Below, piece after piece: positions 62,801 through 64,000 of a DNA stretch of 64,000 nt. Under the pieces are notes generated by a model, which searched no databases, was not told where the DNA came from, and saw only the letters and a list, made by a program, of their open reading frames with translations. The position numbers and the translations under genes were made by a program. The stretch lies in contig NW_018480077.1 of assembly GCF_002113885.1 (NCBI RefSeq), positions 1,659,773 to 1,723,772 on the forward strand. The letters are read 5' to 3'. This DNA is from Mizuhopecten yessoensis (Eukaryota). Within the stretch, counting starts at the first letter, position 1. Each line of letters opens with the position of its first letter.

Positions 62801-63778
62801 ATCAGTTTGTTCGATGGTGTTCCTGTTGTTAAAATAATTTAATTGTATCCATATCAGGTATGTCTGTTCATCTACTGAATGACAAATCTAGCACTTCCCT
62901 GAACAATGGCTGTGCTCATTGATTTTGACCAGACAAAACGTCTGTACTGTAAGAAGTTTGTATGAAAGATGTATGTTTATTGCAGATTCTCAATGGCTAC
63001 TACTGATGATTTAAAAGATAACAATGACAACTGTGCCATATGCTGGGAGCCAATGGAAACTGCTCGCAAACTACCATGTGACCATCTCTTCCACAAGTAT
63101 GACCTATTAAAATATTTGTACTACAAAGACACCATGTAACTGGGACTGAATATTATAACTCTTTAAATCTTGATAAACATGTAGCACTTGATGTTGTAGT
63201 CATGTTCCATTGTGGTCTAATAAGCGATTTTTGCAGCATTTTAATGATTCCTTACCATTGTAGATGAACTATTGATATTTTGTAAATGCATTTTAACTTG
63301 TAACAATATTTTTGAAAGTTTTTGATATCCTCAGTTGGGTTATGTATGTGGTACACCTGTATTAACCCTGATATTTACAAGTACACTGTACTAATACAAT
63401 TTAACAAAAATATTTAATTGGAACATCCCACTCTCTAAGGAAGTTTGATTTTTAGCTATACTATACTTATATGTTTCCTTAATAGTATATATTTGTGTAA
63501 AAATATTTTGGTTGCTTTATATCATTATGTGCGATGCAGTTTTCTTCAATAAATACAACAAAATATGATTATTTCCATTTGCTGTGACAGTGGTTGCCTC
63601 CTTTCATGGCTGGAACAAGACACATCCTGTCCAACCTGTAGAACAACACTTAATGATAGTCCGGAGGAACCGCCACGGGAACATGTTCCTGATGCGCGGG
63701 GTGATGCCCCCATCAACACACCACCTCCAGGACAGCCAATCAACCGTGCCTTAACCAACCATTTCTTCCACTTTGATG
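53809..63778 (+). CDS. AMFR: E3 ubiquitin-protein ligase AMFR/gp78, exons 1-9 (3' part beyond window)
   Basis: Exons 53809-54123, 57140-57232, 59107-59271, 59653-59805, 60118-60158, 60363-60495, 60742-60875, 62986-63096, 63591-63778. MPVVYLERLPLPSLQTY, VFGDLRVSERQHLKDRIWNFLFYKFIFIFG, KDRFEYVSFSPTTP, RING-H2 CAICWEPMETARKLPCDHLFHNGCLLSWLEQDTSCPTCR, NHFFHFDG. Confidence 0.96.
54207..55729. mobile_element. 1.5-kb non-autonomous DNA transposon, hAT-like ends with 5-bp TSD
   Basis: TIRs CAGGGCTCAC / GTGAGCCCTG; TSD AGTAT (54202-54206, 55730-55734); AGTAGCCA motifs clustered at both ends. Confidence 0.85.
56387..56528. mobile_element. Small hAT-like MITE
   Basis: TIRs CAGTGGCGAACCCAGA / TCTGGATCTGCCACTG. 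Confidence 0.7.
57948..58987 (+). mobile_element. HINE/Helentron-like element (complete copy)
   Basis: 5' TAGGTCACCTGAGACAAAGTCTCAAGTGACCTA hairpin, GTCC microsatellite, internal repeats, 3' CAGGTGACCGTTAAGGCCCATGGGCCTCTTGTT. Confidence 0.9.
61054..62471 (+). mobile_element. Composite HINE/Helentron-like element with two internal arrays
   Basis: 5' hairpin AGCTAACCTGGTCCGAAGGACCAAGGTGAGCT, (CGTC)n, ~4 x 157-bp units then ~5 x 134-bp units, 3' CAGGTGAG..AGGCCCTCTGGGCCTCTTGT. Confidence 0.88.
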
Positions 63779-64000
63779 GTGCTTAAAAATATTATTTTCT
63801 TATCCCTTTGGCTTGATAATACTGACAAATATCCATTTTCCTTCTCTGTAACTTTGATGGTACTTGCAAACTATATTTGTTCTCATTCTTAACCCATCTT
63901 CATATGATCTTAGCTGTTGCAAGAATGTGAAACCCTTGGCTAAAATATAATTCATTCTCAACACTGGTTAGTTTTTCTGAATCTTTGCCTAAATTATAAT

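Overview
Animal genomic DNA, AT-rich and intron-rich. The repeat content (V-, Meta- and CORE/Nin-type tRNA SINEs, Helentron-like HINE elements) suggests a bivalve mollusc; this assignment is an inference. Left to right: (1) the 5' part of a Ty3/Gypsy Mag-type LTR retrotransposon on the minus strand (LTR, tRNA-Ser PBS, gag, protease, RT running off the left edge); (2) a ~10 kb repeat-rich interval that may hide a small micro-exon gene on the minus strand; (3) AP-1 complex gamma-1 adaptin (AP1G1, + strand, 21 well-supported coding exons plus a probable upstream first exon, ~869 aa); (4) large tandem arrays, including a 4.3 kb 49-bp satellite with internal inversions; (5) complete SDR39U1 epimerase-family gene (- strand, 6 exons, ~305 aa); (6) head-to-head with it, the first 9 exons of the ERAD E3 ligase AMFR/gp78 (+ strand, truncated by the right edge). 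Introns carry many non-autonomous elements. Most notable: a 27-30 bp palindromic element found twice, each with its own 7-bp target-site duplication; a candidate 5-exon 56-aa gene; ACG at the conserved AP1G1 start position; and a +1 frame break in the Gypsy protease. All coordinates and translations were read by eye; no searches were run.
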